From positions 77,254,001 through 77,318,000 of the forward strand of contig NC_086097.1 in assembly GCF_963921235.1 (NCBI RefSeq): a stretch of DNA of 64,000 nucleotides, read 5' to 3'. Below are positions 24,648 through 37,297 of this stretch, in pieces. A program made the translations under genes and the position numbers. How positions within the stretch are numbered: position 1 is the stretch's first letter; every line of letters starts with the position of its first letter. A model generated the notes under the pieces. That model was given only the letters and a program-made list of their open reading frames with translations. It did not search any database and was not told where the DNA came from. Source of the stretch: Mobula hypostoma (taxonomy: Eukaryota).

Positions 24648-25416
24648 AAGATGGCACTGGTGGAGCACAGCGGTGACTTGTTGGCTGCAGGAAAAACTAT
24701 TAACTACTTTATTAACCACACTTTTTCTGGAAAACGATCGCTGCAATCAATAGCCTATAACTTCCTTATTGGAATCGAGTTTTTGAACCGTCTGTACCAC
24801 CTGGCATTTTTGTGGTGTGAATTGAAGTCTTAAAGGTGGAGGTTGATTGTGGTGTGATGTGTACGGGCCAAGTTGAGATGGTGAGGCCTGGACCTGAGAG
24901 TGGGGAGCAAATCAGTGTTTGACTGCTGGAGTGGACTTGGGGGCAATTTGAAGCAGCAGAATCGAGGTGAGGCAGAGAGCAAGGAACAAGCTGGGTTTGA
25001 CCAATTTGAGCACGGTGCAGAATCGAGGCAGGGCCCAGGTTCAAGAGCTCGGAATGACCCACTATTTGGCTGATTTAAACACCGGGCCAGATTGAAAAGG
25101 TCAGGGTATTGGAGACAGAGCCGAGATGCGGGCCAGTTTGCTCGCAAAGTTTACTCATGTCTGCACTGAACTGAGGCCGTAGCCTGTGACTGGCTTTGAA
25201 GCTGTGGTCTCAATTTTGAATTTCAGTCCTGAATGTTATTTGCTTACTTTTATTGTTTACAGAATTTGTTTTTTTTTCCCCTGCACAACGGTTGTTTTGA
25301 TGGGCTTTTTAAAAATGGGTTCTATTGTTTCTTTGTTTTGAGGCTGCCTATAAGGAGGTGGGTCTGAAGGTTGTATATAGTATATGTACTTTGATAATAA
25401 ATGTACTTTAAACTTT
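24648..25416 (+). mobile_element. Non-coding retroposon, copy 3
   Basis: AAGATGGCACTGGTG head; tail AAGGTTGTATATAG...GTACTTTGATAATAAATGTACTTTAAACTTT. Confidence 0.65.
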
Positions 25417-25509
25417 AATATATTTCCAAGTCAGGATAGTATGTGACCTGGAGGGGAACCTGAAGCTGGTGGCGATCTTATATGTCTGTTCCCCTCATCC
25501 TTCTTCCAT

Positions 25510-25830
25510 ATTTCCTGATGACTTAGGAGGAGGCCACTCAGCCCATCAGTTACTGCTGAGTTACAGAGCAGCTCCATTCTGTCACTCATTTTGTCCCATT
25601 ACTGATTCTTCTCACATTCTATCAGCTCCCCATCCCAGATTGTGCTCCCAACCAGAGCAGCAGGGGCAGCCTGCTGTGGCCAATGAGCCTACCAGTGTAC
25701 ACATATTTGGCCACCAGAAGAAACCCATGTGATCACAGGGAGAGCATGCAAGCTCCACATAGACAGCACTGGAGCTCTGGATAACACCCAGTTCTCTGAA
25801 GCTGTGAGGCATCAGCTCACTCTGCACCAC
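25510..25830 (-). mobile_element. HE1/V-SINE-like SINE
   Basis: 'AAACCCATGTGATCACAGGGAGAGCATGCAAGCTCCACATAGACAGCAC' is the reverse complement of the central domain seen at 9240-9290. Confidence 0.7.
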
Positions 25831-26189
25831 TCTGCTGCTCCTGGTGGTAGAGGTGATGTGTTCAAGACGTGCAGTGGAAAAACCTGAACAAAGAACTGCA
25901 GTGTAGCTTGTAGACTGCAGCCACCATTCATGGATGGTAGAGGCGAGGGTTAGTTGATGGCATGCCAAACAAGTGAGTTGCTTTGTCCTGGATGGCACTG
26001 GGGTTCGTGAGAGTTATTGGTGCTTCACTCATCTGGGCAGGTAGAGCAGATTCAGTCACACTGCTGACTCTGTGCGCTGTAGGTGGTGGGAAGGCCTCGG
26101 AGTATCACGATGTGAATTGGATGTCACAGGGCTCAGCCTCTAACCTGTTGCAGTGGCCACAGCAAAGCTGGATGAAATTCTAAATGTCA

Positions 26190-26345
26190 CTGGAGACACA
26201 ACAGCTGCAGATGTGGGAATATGGTGCAAAACAGCTGACAAAGGAGGCTCCTGATGAAAGATAGGGAACCTAACCGTCAACTGTGCACTTCCCTTCACAT
26301 ATGCTGCCTGACCTGCTGAGTTCCTCTAGCAGTTTGTTTGTTTTT
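26190..26345. mobile_element. Penelope-derived short composite repeat (degenerate)
   Basis: CTGCAGATG at the left end, then CCTGATGAA...ATGCTGCCTGACCTGCTGAGTTCCTCTAGCA. Confidence 0.6.
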
Positions 26346-27055
26346 GTAAACATCACTCCCTGTCATGTATCCTAAGGTAGCAACATGGTTACAGCACAGA
26401 AAACTGCTGGAAGGTTACTTATAGTAACATTTACAGAATTCAACAAACTTGCAATTCTTTACCTTTTATTCTGACAGGCACATTCGAGCTTTGTCCTCTC
26501 AGAATTTCATTTTTGAAGGCCTCCCACTTACCAAGTACATATTTGCCTGAAAACAGCCTGTCCCAATCCACACGCCCGATCCTTTATGATACCATCAAAA
26601 TTGGCTCCAACAGTCCTTCTTCCCCCCACTCATATGTTTTGTGTTTTACATACAGTATATGAATGCTTGATGATGTCCTTATATTCTCCATCACATGATT
26701 TAGTTACATGTTAGAACACAGAGAATGCCACGTGTGACCTGCATCACAAACTCCAGCCACTGAAACCCATCTCCACTGTTTAATCTGCCCAATAATTAAT
26801 TACTTAAAAGCTCTTGTGCTCGACTTATAAAATACTCTTATACTGTGAAAGGACTAGATGGAATAAAGTTTGTCAAATGTGTTCAGGGGAAAGTTTCCTT
26901 AATCAGTACATAGAAGTCCCAGCGAGAGAGTGTGCAGTACTTGCTCTGCTATTAGGGAATGAGACAGGGCAGGTGATAGACATTCGTGTAGGGAAACACT
27001 TTGCCTCTAGTAATCGTAATGCCATTAGTTTCAAGTAAATATGGAAAAAGATAGA

Positions 27056-28060
27056 CAAGAGAAATTCTGTGGATGCTGGAAATCCAAGCAACACATACAA
27101 AATGCTGGAAGAACTCAGCAGGCCAGGCAACATCTATGGAAAAAAATACAGTCAACGTTTCGAACCGAGAACCTTCGGCAGGACTGGAGAAAAAAAATGA
27201 TGAGTATATTTGAAGAGTGTGGAGGGGAGAGAGAAACACAAAGTGATAGGTGAAAGCAGGAGGGGAGGGATGAAGTAAAGAGCTGAGAGTTGATTTGTAA
27301 AAGAGATGTAGGTCTGGAGAAGGGGGAGTCTGATAGGAGAGGGCAGAAGGCCATGGAAGAAAGAAGAGGGGAGAGGAGCACCAGAGTGAGGCAATGGGCA
27401 GGCAGGGAGATAAGGTGAGAGAGGGAAAAGAAGAATGGGGAATGGTGGAGTGAGGCATTACTGGAAGATTGAGAAATCGATGCCATCAGTCTGGAGGCTA
27501 CCCAGATGGAATATAGGGTATTATTCCTCCAACCTGACTGTGGCCTCATCGTGACAGTAGAAGAGGCCATGGATGGACATATTGAAATGGAAATTGGTAG
27601 TGAGGGAGGAGGTGTAGGGGCAGGTATAGCACTTGTTCTGCTTGCAAGAGTAAGTGCCAGGAGGGAGATCAGTGGGGAGGGATGAATGGATAAGGGAGTC
27701 GCGTAGGGAGCGATCCCTGCAGAAAGCAGAAAGTGGGTGTGAGGGAAAGATGTGCTTGATGGTGGGATCCTGTTAGAGATGGCATAAATTCCAGAGAATT
27801 ATATGCTGGACGTGGAGGCTGGGTGGGTGGTAGGTAAGAACGAGAGTAACCCTATCCCTGGTAGGGTGGCGGGAGGATGGAGTAAGAGCAGATGTGCGTG
27901 AAATGGAAGAGATAAGATTGAGGGCAGCGTTGATGGTGGAGGAAAGGAAGTCCCTTTCTTTGAAAAAGGAGGACATCTCCTTCATTCTAGACTGAAGAGC
28001 CTCATCCTGAGAGCAGATGTAGTGCACTGGAGGAATTGAGAAAAAGGGATGGCATTTAGA
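27056..28060 (-). mobile_element. Penelope-like element fragment (RT C-terminus/linker, partial GIY-YIG, terminal repeat)
   Basis: 'ICSQDEALQSRMKEMSSFFKERDF...DRVTLVLTYHP' and the CHDEATVRLEE...FHLGSLQ region; degenerate hammerhead at 27149-27186 with a perfect CAGTC/GACTG stem I. Confidence 0.85.
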
Positions 28061-29293
28061 AGTATTTTGTTAAAATATTTATGACTAAGGAGGACATAGG
28101 CAAACAGTTCTTGATTAGGTGATGGCATGGCATCAGGTCTGGAAGGTCAGCTTGTTTGGCCCTCTCTGTCCAGATGACCAGACCCAAGACAATTTTCGAC
28201 TTGATTTTGTTCCATTACAGAATTTATTTCAGAGCTAGTTGCACAAAAAAATCACTTGCCTCAGAAGCTGTTTGTTTCCTATTGTTCCTAGTGGAGATTT
28301 GCTTTAACAGTTCATCATGCAGCAGGGTTATGGCAGAATACAAAGGCCATGTTAAGCTTCACTGCCTGGTAGCAATGGGTGGCCATGTAGTTCAAATTGC
28401 TTCCAAAGACATACCAACTTTTATTTCTCAGTGCCCCCAGACCTCTTACTTTAGCAGAGCCCTCTGATAAGTTCCAAGGGTCCCAATTATTGATATGAAG
28501 CAGAAGTCAGACCTGTTGGCCCCTTGGGCTTACTCCACCATTCTGGCTGATGTGATTGTGGTCTTAGCTCCATTCCACTGCTTATTCCCCATCATGCCTG
28601 TCACCCTGACTGAGTCCAGCTCTGCAGAATAAAGAGGCCCTGCTTGGAAATGGTTCAAAGTTGTGAGACTAGGAGAAGGATCATCTCAGGTGCCTCCCAC
28701 TCTCCTACTCATCCACAAGGCCCTGCCCAAACTCCGCATCTCCCACTGTCCAAATCAAAGAGGCGGCTAGCTGGAGAGATGCAAATGGGGCCCTGACTAT
28801 TTTAGCACAGCTAACCTAATTATATTGACTTTGCTATACAATAGGTTATGTGATGTGTGTGACTCATCTGGCTCCTCCTCCAACTCAGTGGCTGACAAGG
28901 CTTGGTTAATAAATATGCCACTTAAAACAAAATTATGAAGTTGAGCTGTGATTTAACCGTTTCTGATTGCCTATGATCCAAAGACCCATCCTCCCACATC
29001 AGCTCCGAGATATCTACAATGTTTTGATCAAATTTTAAGGAAAGTTAAGTCCTTTCCTTTTCAAAAACAGAACACAAGTCAATGCTAAAAATGTCAAGTG
29101 GTTTTGCTGCATCAATTTAAAAGCTAATCCAACACAATTAAGGTCAGTTTTTATCGGCCGTGTAATACTCTGGAATTTTATGTTTTATTTTTCAAATAAG
29201 ATTTGGAGAAAACCATTGGAGATAAAACTGGATCCTGGGAACATTTGGAGCAACATTTAAATGAATGTGTTTCTTTCAGCAACATATTACCAT

Positions 29294-29344
29294 ACATGGG
29301 TATGGTAAGTTTATCCAAAAATAATAAACTTACCATACCCATGT
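29294..29344. repeat. Perfect 21-bp inverted repeat with 9-nt loop
   Basis: ACATGGGTATGGTAAGTTTAT-ccaaaaata-ATAAACTTACCATACCCATGT. Confidence 0.95.
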
Positions 29345-29944
29345 CGCTTTCTAGATTCTAATCTGTACTTCTTTTGCCTTTCTTCTATCTTGCATTATGT
29401 TCCATCCTAATCTTTATTTTAAATGTTTGTGCCCTCACACTACTTGCTTTTATACTTCTGTTGATGTCTATTTATAAGTGGCTAATGCCCTGTAATCTCT
29501 GCCATTTTGAACTTTTCTGCTTCTGATTTCTTCAGACTTTTGATGTTCATGCCTTCCTTATTGTTTTTGCTCTTAGCCCAAAATTCAAGTACCCACTCTT
29601 CACCCAACCTATCAGCCAATAATTGTGACATGACCGTTTCAAACCCACTTTCAGTCTTGAAAAATGCCTCATTCATTGCCAATCCTCCTCACTTCTATTA
29701 GTTGTTGAGAAATTTAACCTTAAATTAATCTGGAATCTTCTTAAACTCATTGTCCCTACTGGAGCCTAGGCTGCTAACAGCAACTTGCCGGAGTCCTCTG
29801 TCCTAGGTCAGTCATTAGATGAGGAGCTTTTCTCTACCAGGAATGAGATGTTTGGAATTTCTGTTGCACTGCTTTTTTACAGAGTGAAGTTTCTAGCTCA
29901 ATGCTCAACCCTCCTCTTTTCATAGCTGGGCTTTTGGTCTATCT

Positions 29945-30280
29945 ATGGGTCAGGTAGCATCTGTGGAAGAAAAGGAACAGTCAATGTTTTGGGCCAATAT
30001 CCTTCATTTGGACTGAAAGATATAGGGGAGATGGTCAGTATAAAGAGGTGAAGGGAAGAGCTAGGTAGTGATAGTGAGGAGGTGTAATAGACAAATGGAG
30101 GAGGGAAGAGTGGAAATTGTGACAAACCCTCCTTTAACCTACTTAATGAAGCCTGATGCGGGGTCCCAACTCAGAGCATCAACCATCCCTCTGTCTTCAC
30201 AGATGCTTCCTGACTGATTAAGTTCCTCAGGCAGTTTATTGTTGGTTCAGATTCTAGTATCTACAGTCTCTTATGCCTCC
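29945..30280. mobile_element. Old inverted Penelope-derived composite
   Basis: The left arm (GGTCAGGTAGCATCTGTGGA...) is on minus and the right arm (...CACAGATGCTTCCTGACT...) on plus; both have decayed hammerhead cores. Confidence 0.6.
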
Positions 30281-30639
30281 ATGTTGTTGCTTTCATCCAT
30301 TCTAGTACGACTATCAATCTGCAACCTGCGGTTAGGAAAATGAAATGGAAATGTTGACAGAATTCAGTACAGTTCAGTGGACTTTATTAGAGGTTTAGCT
30401 TTATTAGTTTGGAGAACAGACCGGGAGAAACCTCCTTCCCCTTCATTTAAAACTAACTTCTACCTGATTCCAACACTGGTGCTTTATTTTTCCCATGAAC
30501 AGTGTTTGGAAGGTACTTACACAGGGAACAAAATGCCAGGAGATTCATTCATAACATAATTCCATTTTCCCCTTAGATGCTGCTCAGCCTGCTAAATTCC
30601 CCCAGCAGATTGTTTGTTAGTTTATACGCTATTATTCCT

Positions 30640-31025
30640 TGACAGACCAGTGCAGTACTGAAGCTGTGCTGTACTGTCAGAATCACCAGCCATTGAAGGA
30701 TGCTTCACACTCATCCTCTCAGTGGGACCCTTTGACATTATTTCACATTGGAAATATAAAGTCCGAATACTGACGAAGTCCTGGAAATGAGATTTAGTGG
30801 ACATCATGGGCCTGATGGACGGAAGCTTCTGTTTCTATGCTGTATGACTCTGTAACTCTGGGAGTTCTCTGTGTCACATAGTCAATATCACAAAAATAGA
30901 TTAGCAGGTCATTATCACGTTTTTCTTTGGGTGATCTAGATTTGGCACAAATTGCTTCTTTTTTCACGTCATTTGTAATTGGTTGCAATTTTCATTAGTT
31001 GTAGGAAATGTGTTATGGAGACCAC
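30640..31025 (+). mobile_element. DeuSINE-like relic
   Basis: 'CAGTGCAGTACTGAAG..GTGCTGTACTGTCAGA' and 'AAAATAGATTAGCAGGTCATTATCAC' resemble the Deu domain. Confidence 0.45.
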
Positions 31026-31679
31026 CCTCAAGTTCCCCACTTTCTCGCCCATACCTATTGTAGTTCTCTAAGAACACAGCATGGAGACCAATTACCTCCC
31101 AGACATCTGTCTGTGTTGATCACAAAACAGATGTTCACAGTGAAAGAAAATGGAACCTGTTCTGACTTGCATTCTGATTCTCTGAATCTTTCTAATTTCT
31201 TATTCACTCCATGCTATGAATGTCGTATGTTTAAGGACTGAGACAAACATGAATCTTTTCAATATCTTATGGTCCATCTATTTAGCAAAGTATTCCAGTT
31301 TGATAAAACTATCTCAGCTGTCTTTGAGAATATCACAATTTTCAGTCAATGATTAAAATAGGCTCAGTGTCATATGATAAATATCCTTCAAGAGATATGC
31401 TGATTGCCGTGATCATATGCCTGTTGGGTATTTACCATATGTAACACCAAAATGATTATTTTCTGTCATTTCATCTTGTTATTTAAGTAATCTACAATCA
31501 TGGAATGGAGATGTCGGCTACACCTTAGTGGCTGTACTTCCACCTCCAAAAGATTGTGCCTTCACATTTCATGCCAAAGATGGAGCACAAAATCTAATGC
31601 AGTAACAAGGGAAAGAAAGCTTTGGTGTTGGAGGTTCTCCTTTTCATTATGTGACAAATCAATGATTCATTCATCTTCT

Positions 31680-31925
31680 CTGATGGACAGAAAAGATCAT
31701 ATTGCACTATTTTACAAAAAGAGCAGGGAGTGCTCCCCCCTGTGGTCTGGTGAAATGTAGACTTCAACCAACACTTACTCAGTCATTAGTAGATTACTGT
31801 TCACTCTGTGCAAGTCAGCCTTTAATAGCCTAGGTAGATGCGCTGAGTGGCTTTCTAACTTTCAAACAATGACAGCAGCAACATGTCAAAGGCTTTTCAG
31901 GGCATCCTGAGGTTGGGATGGCCCA
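31680..31925 (+). mobile_element. DeuSINE-like relic
   Basis: 'GATGGACAGAAAAGATC...GCACTATTT...AAGAGCAGGGAGT' followed by 'GGCATCCTGAGGT'. Confidence 0.45.
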
Positions 31926-32639
31926 AGACTTGCTGGCTTTATTTGATAAACGTTTATTCGAATATTGTAAATAATTCACTGCTATCTTTAAACCAAATGT
32001 ATATGGATGAAGAAGTGAGCCCAAGAATTCTTTCTCAGATCTGTAGCATTAAATATATTTTATAGTAGCAGTTGTAAGCTGCTTTGGAAATTCATTTAGG
32101 GTTAGGATGACATCAGTTAACATATTACCTCTTGTATCTCAATGTTAACTTCCTGTAATCTGATACAACACACAAGTCCTTTGAAAATCAACGTTTTGCA
32201 ATTTCTTATCATAGAGAAAATATTTTGTCCTTCTTCTATTGCTGGATGAGAGGAATGGCTTGCTGTTGATGTGGCTGATAGCTCTGGTGTGCCTGAAGAG
32301 CATGCACAACATGGACAAATGAAATTCACACTACAGTACTATTCAATGTGTGTTACCACACACCATTGTGTTGATGCTGCTTCTGCCAGGCTACACCATG
32401 GGGAACGGCAATCGTTGGCAGAATGGATGTGGAGACATTAGCCGGCCAAGGTCAGTACCAAGATGGGTCAGCTTTTGTTTTTTTTATATACTACAAGGAT
32501 AAAGAGAGTTGGGGAAGGAGGAAGCAATGGAGGAGAGGAAGTAGAGATGATGTTGAAAGGGGGAGAGGGCATATTTGACAATTCATTTTCTATCAGTGGT
32601 TTGTGACCATCTCACTTTCACCTGATGGTGACTCCAGCA

Positions 32640-33210
32640 AATATTATCCCAAATCCCCAGATAAAATTCCCACGGTTTACCTAACCTCTGTTGCTGATCG
32701 CATCACACTGTGGATTTGCTAATAGGGTGTGGAAAATGCAAGAGTCCTTGTCCTGGTTCATCCCCAGCAGTTGTACTGTAAAAGACCTATAGGTTGTTCC
32801 CGGGGACATACATCAAGTTCCGCTGGAGGTCCTTTGGACTTTTGGAGGATACTTGTTGGTCCTCCAGCACCGCAAAAGTCTGTGCTGTAATGCTGCAGGT
32901 ATATGTACTGAGGATACACTGAAGCTCACTGCAGACAATGCTAATACTCAGTGGAGAAGGACCACAGTATACTGCAGGTTCCTTCCGCTACCACACGCAG
33001 AAGGGTGGGGAAGGCCCCTCAAACAATGGAAAGGGTAACACCTCAGGAAGTTAAGTGATGACAATGGTGCAATGTTTTGTTTGCACTTTTTTCTCCCTTT
33101 AAGTTTTCACACTACATAATGTACTGACAAAAATGTAAAGTTTTTTTCCCTTTACTGTTTCTTCCTTTATATATATATGAATAAAGCCGATTCTGAGGAA
33201 AAAAAAAGGA
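32640..33210 (+). mobile_element. L1/Tx1-like LINE 3' end
   Basis: Degenerate C-terminal peptides 'LFPGT' and 'YVLRDTLKLTADNANTQWRRTTV', then a T-rich UTR, AATAAA (~33180) and an A-run. Confidence 0.55.
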
Positions 33211-33559
33211 TGTACACAGGGAGTATTTCAGTGTTTTTAAAAAATCAAAATACACAGTATTGTACAAAGGTGTAAATAATCCCTCCCTTCCTCCCCAACA
33301 TCCTTTACTGCTTGCTCTCATGTGCCTATGTCTACACATCCACATTGCTGGCCTAGAGGTTACTGGCTGCCTGATTGATGGCTACTGTCTCTCAGTAGAG
33401 GAGCTGGCAGATGGCCATCAAAAGTAATCTGCAAAGAAAATAGATTTTTTTTTTGATTTATAGAAAGTCAAAGCAATATTTTGAAGGCAAGTCATGACAA
33501 GACAACTCCGTCATGTGGAATGTTCCTTCCGTGCAAGGCGAGAAATCAGGGAATCTTCC

Positions 33560-35960
33560 AGTGTTGGGGTGAACACACATGCAGGAAGTGTGTCAGGCTT
33601 TGGGTCTGACACACTGCAAGTCCGGGTTTTGGAGCAGGAGCTAGGACAGGAGTTTCTGTAGGGCATCCATCAGGCTGTGATACTTGTGGATAGCATGCCT
33701 TTAGAGATAGTCACACCTCAAACTAAGTCAGCAGAGGTTGAAACTTAATGGATAGTGTTAAAAAAGAAGGCAGAGAGTGCAGGAGTCCCTAAAGTTATCA
33801 CCTCTCTTAAAGAAATATCGTGTACACTGAAGAGGCAATGGTTTCTCAGCAGACGCAGTAACAACCAAGTACTTTGCATTACAGGTGACTTCACTGTACT
33901 GAAAGGGAGGAGAGCCATGGTGAAAAGCAACTCAATTGCACAGGAACAAAGTGGAGTATCTGTGATTGCAAACCTGATTCCAGTTTGTCATGGAGTGGCT
34001 GCAGAACATTCTGGACGTTGAGGGTAAGGGTGAACAGCCTCGGGGTACATGTCAGTATCAATGAGATATTCTTAAGCTAAAGGGAAAAGGTTCTGCAAAT
34101 TGAATATAGACAGTAATCTCAGGATTACTCCCTTTTTGCACAATAGCAGGAGCAGAATACAATGTGGGTGAGAAAAGGCATGGGTGACGAATGGCGGGGA
34201 GAGCATGAGATATAAATTCCTGATGTTTTGCAAGGTGTTTTAGCAAAGCTGAGGCCTTGACAAGATGGTTAGATTGCACCTAGGCACAATTGAGGATGAT
34301 ATCTTTCATGGAGATGTTTGCTAGTGCTGTGAGGGAAGTGTTAAACTAATACGGCAAAGGGAGAGGCATCTGAGAGGGAGCCAGAGGAGAGGGAACAAAA
34401 GATAAAACTGAAACTCAGAAAAATAGAAAGTAAAAGAGGAAGAGAGGGAAAAGAAGGGTGAGAAGCAAATCAGGCAAAATAAAGCCAACGGATGAGTAAA
34501 AAGTGGTAAAGGAACAACATTTAGAGCTACATATCTGAATGCACACAGCATCAGGAACAATGAACTAATGAAACAAACGGGTTAATCTGTCTTATCTGAT
34601 AGCCAGTATGGAAACCTGCTTATAGGAAGATCAAAGATGACAACTTGATATATAGGATAGTTGACTTGTGGTAAAGGTTGACAGACAGGTGGAAAAATTT
34701 GGTGGAGTAGGTTTGGAGATAATGTGAAGTAAGTACAAATGTGAGAGTTGATTCAGGCTCAAAAGATCCATGGTCCTTTCCTCAAAAACAGAAAGGGAAA
34801 GAGAAAGAAACTTGGGGTAGCGGCAGTGTGTAGGAAATGCCACACCCCACCCATTCAAAACAGTAGACACAGAGTAGCAAATGGTACATGAGTGTGTAAA
34901 AAGAGTAGCACATTAGTCATTGGTGACAAATACTCGATTGTGTTAATCAAATTTGAAATGAGAGTCACAGGAATCAATTTGTGCAGCACATTCGGGATAT
35001 TTGCTTCGAATTATGGAGCCAAATGAGGAAAGCTATTTCAGATCTGGTAAATTGTAATGTGACAGGTCTAATAAATGATCTCAGAGTAAAAGATCTCATG
35101 GCAAATAATGGTTAAAGCATGATTGATTTAGACTTTCAGCTTGAGATTGTAAAATGTAGGCCTAAAATAAGAAAGATAATTACAATGCAATGAAGATAGA
35201 GTTGGCCCAAGTGGAATGGACAAATAGATTAGCAGTCAGAACAATAGGCAAGCAGAGGTGGATGTTTATGGAGATAACTCTTGACTCCCAGCAAAAACGT
35301 ATTCCAGTCAGGAAGGAAGTTCTAATTTGGAAGGGGTGCAGTAAATGAATCAACCAAGTCTAACTAAAGAAATGAAGTAGGAATTAAATTGCAGAGATGA
35401 ACAAAGTGAAAGTAAAATGCCTGAAAATTGGGATACATTCAGAATCTGGCAAAGGAGAAGTAACAATAATCATAAAGAAAAGAAAATAAACTGCAGAAAA
35501 TAAACTATAAAAAATAAATAACAATACAAATTAGTGAAAATATAAGAACTGACAGTGTGATCATATTTTTTTGAGAACAGAAAAGTCCAAGAGAGCATAG
35601 GCTGATGATGGGGAAATAGTTATTGGAAACAAGAAAATGGCAGAGGATTAAATGCAAACTTCACTTCAGTCTTTACAGTAGAGGATATTATAGATATAAT
35701 TGAAATACTAAAAAAAACTGGCAACACACACAAAATGCTGGAGGAACTCAGCAGGCTAGGCGTCATCTATGGAAAAGAGTAAACAGTCAACATTTCGGGT
35801 GGAAAGAGGGGAGCTGGGTCATGTAATATACTTGAATTTTGAAAAGCCAAGGTGTCATCTGAAAGGTTACTTGCAATACTTGAGGCCATGGCATCAGTGA
35901 TAATATATCAGCAGCAATAGAAGAATAGCTAACCAGCAGGAAAAAGTGAATAGAGGTAAG
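33560..35960 (+). mobile_element. Highly decayed CR1 LINE (ORF1 end, EN, partial RT) with a Penelope repeat at ~35716-35800
   Basis: 'YLNAHSIRN' EN start near 34530, plus degenerate GSDH-, MGNKEMAE- and DFQKAF-like DNA segments; many stops. Confidence 0.55.
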
Positions 35961-36269
35961 GGAAATAAAAATAAAAACTGCAGGTGCTGGGAATCTGAAT
36001 AAAAACAGTAAATGCTGGAAACAGGCAGCATTTGTGGAAAGAGAAACAGAGTTAACATCAAGCACAAGTAAGAAATACCCTACTCCAGTTCCAAAATCTA
36101 ACACGAGATAAAGTGAAGTGTACAGACAGAACTGGATTTCCTGGGCTGTAGCCCCACCTAGCAGTGTCATTGATGAAAGAATGGGTTTCTTAGAAAGCCC
36201 TAAGGCTGTGTATGAAGTGAAACACTTGGGCTGGGTGAAACAATAGCAGATCCACTTCCTCTGCAATTA

Positions 36270-36590
36270 CAGGTTAGATTAAAGATTAACTTAATTTGTC
36301 ACATTTTCATCAAAACATATATTGAACTGTATTGTTTGCATCAATGTCAGACAAAGTCTGAAATGTGCTGGGGGCATGTGCCATCGTGCTTCTGGTGCCA
36401 GCATAGCATGCTCCCGATTTACTAACACTAACTTGTACGTCTTTGGAATGTGGAAGGAAACCGAAGCGCCCAGAGGAAGTCCACCCGGTCATGGGGATAA
36501 CGTACAAACATCGGCAGGAAATGAACCATGGTCTTACAGTTCGCACTGCAGAGATTCACACTAACTGCTAAACTACCATGCCACCCATTT
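36270..36590 (-). mobile_element. V-SINE-like SINE
   Basis: 'ACGTCTTTGGAATGTGGAAGGAAACCGAAGC...CACCCGGTCATGGGG' is the reverse of the V-domain; a related copy is at 61255-61495. Confidence 0.65.
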
Positions 36591-37239
36591 CAGTTCAAGC
36601 CACATAGTGCCCAGACATCAGTTTGCAGATCTAAATATACTTTGATTCAGGATTTTTAGGAATGACTCACAAATGAGTGCATAATACATTAGTCATTTAC
36701 TTAACAAATTAGCTTTTATTCATTCTGTATGTTCACATAGTAAAGAAAATATTAGTCATCCTCCATTATCTGTCTCTGTTCCACTCTTAGTTTTTTAACT
36801 CTCAATATCATCTACTATGTCAAGTGCAATGCCTTAGATTAGAATCTATTTTCAAATTTGTTGCTTTAATCTTTTTTCCATAAAACCTCGCTGTTTGGCT
36901 AACTCAGCCCCAGGATAAGCATTGGGTATCTGAAGATGTTCAGCTTTCATTGATAATGGTGAAGGCTTGTGTTTTTTCACATTTTGCCTATATTTCTCTG
37001 ATCATAGCTCTTTTGAACTTTTGTGTTCTTCTTATTGAGCTTGAAATCCACTGTTCTTCATGCCTGTATCCTACAACCTTATGTTATTGCAGGTAGGATC
37101 AATTTCCTGTGTCCTAAGTTGCATTCTTTCTTGGACGTCAAGTGATGCCACCTTTGCATTCTTCACCTATTTCTGCCACTTGATCTATAGATGATGAAAT
37201 ATTTATCTTTCATATATTTATTGAAATTTGGTACCATTC

Positions 37240-37297
37240 TATTACATTTAGTAAATTTATTACATTTACAATAAATTTATTACATTTATTACATTTG
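37240..37297. repeat. Short AT-rich tandem repeat (TTTATTACA-based units)
   Basis: ATTACATTTAGTAAATTTATTACATTTACAATAAATTTATTACATTTATTACATTT. Confidence 0.7.

Larger units (their letters stand above)
24520..26165 (-). mobile_element. Old LINE 3' region (CR1/L2-like) interrupted by two insertions
   Basis: Begins GCATTTATTG; its reverse complement resembles the tail of the SINE at 53700-54015. Resumes after 25416 and after ~25830. Confidence 0.45.

Noticed and set aside
28779..28786. Octamer as an immunoglobulin V-gene promoter
   Set aside because: No leader or V exon and no heptamer-nonamer RSS were found nearby.
33180..33210. AATAAA plus A-run as a host gene 3' end or processed pseudogene
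   Set aside because: Better explained as the tail of the upstream L1/Tx1-like fragment.
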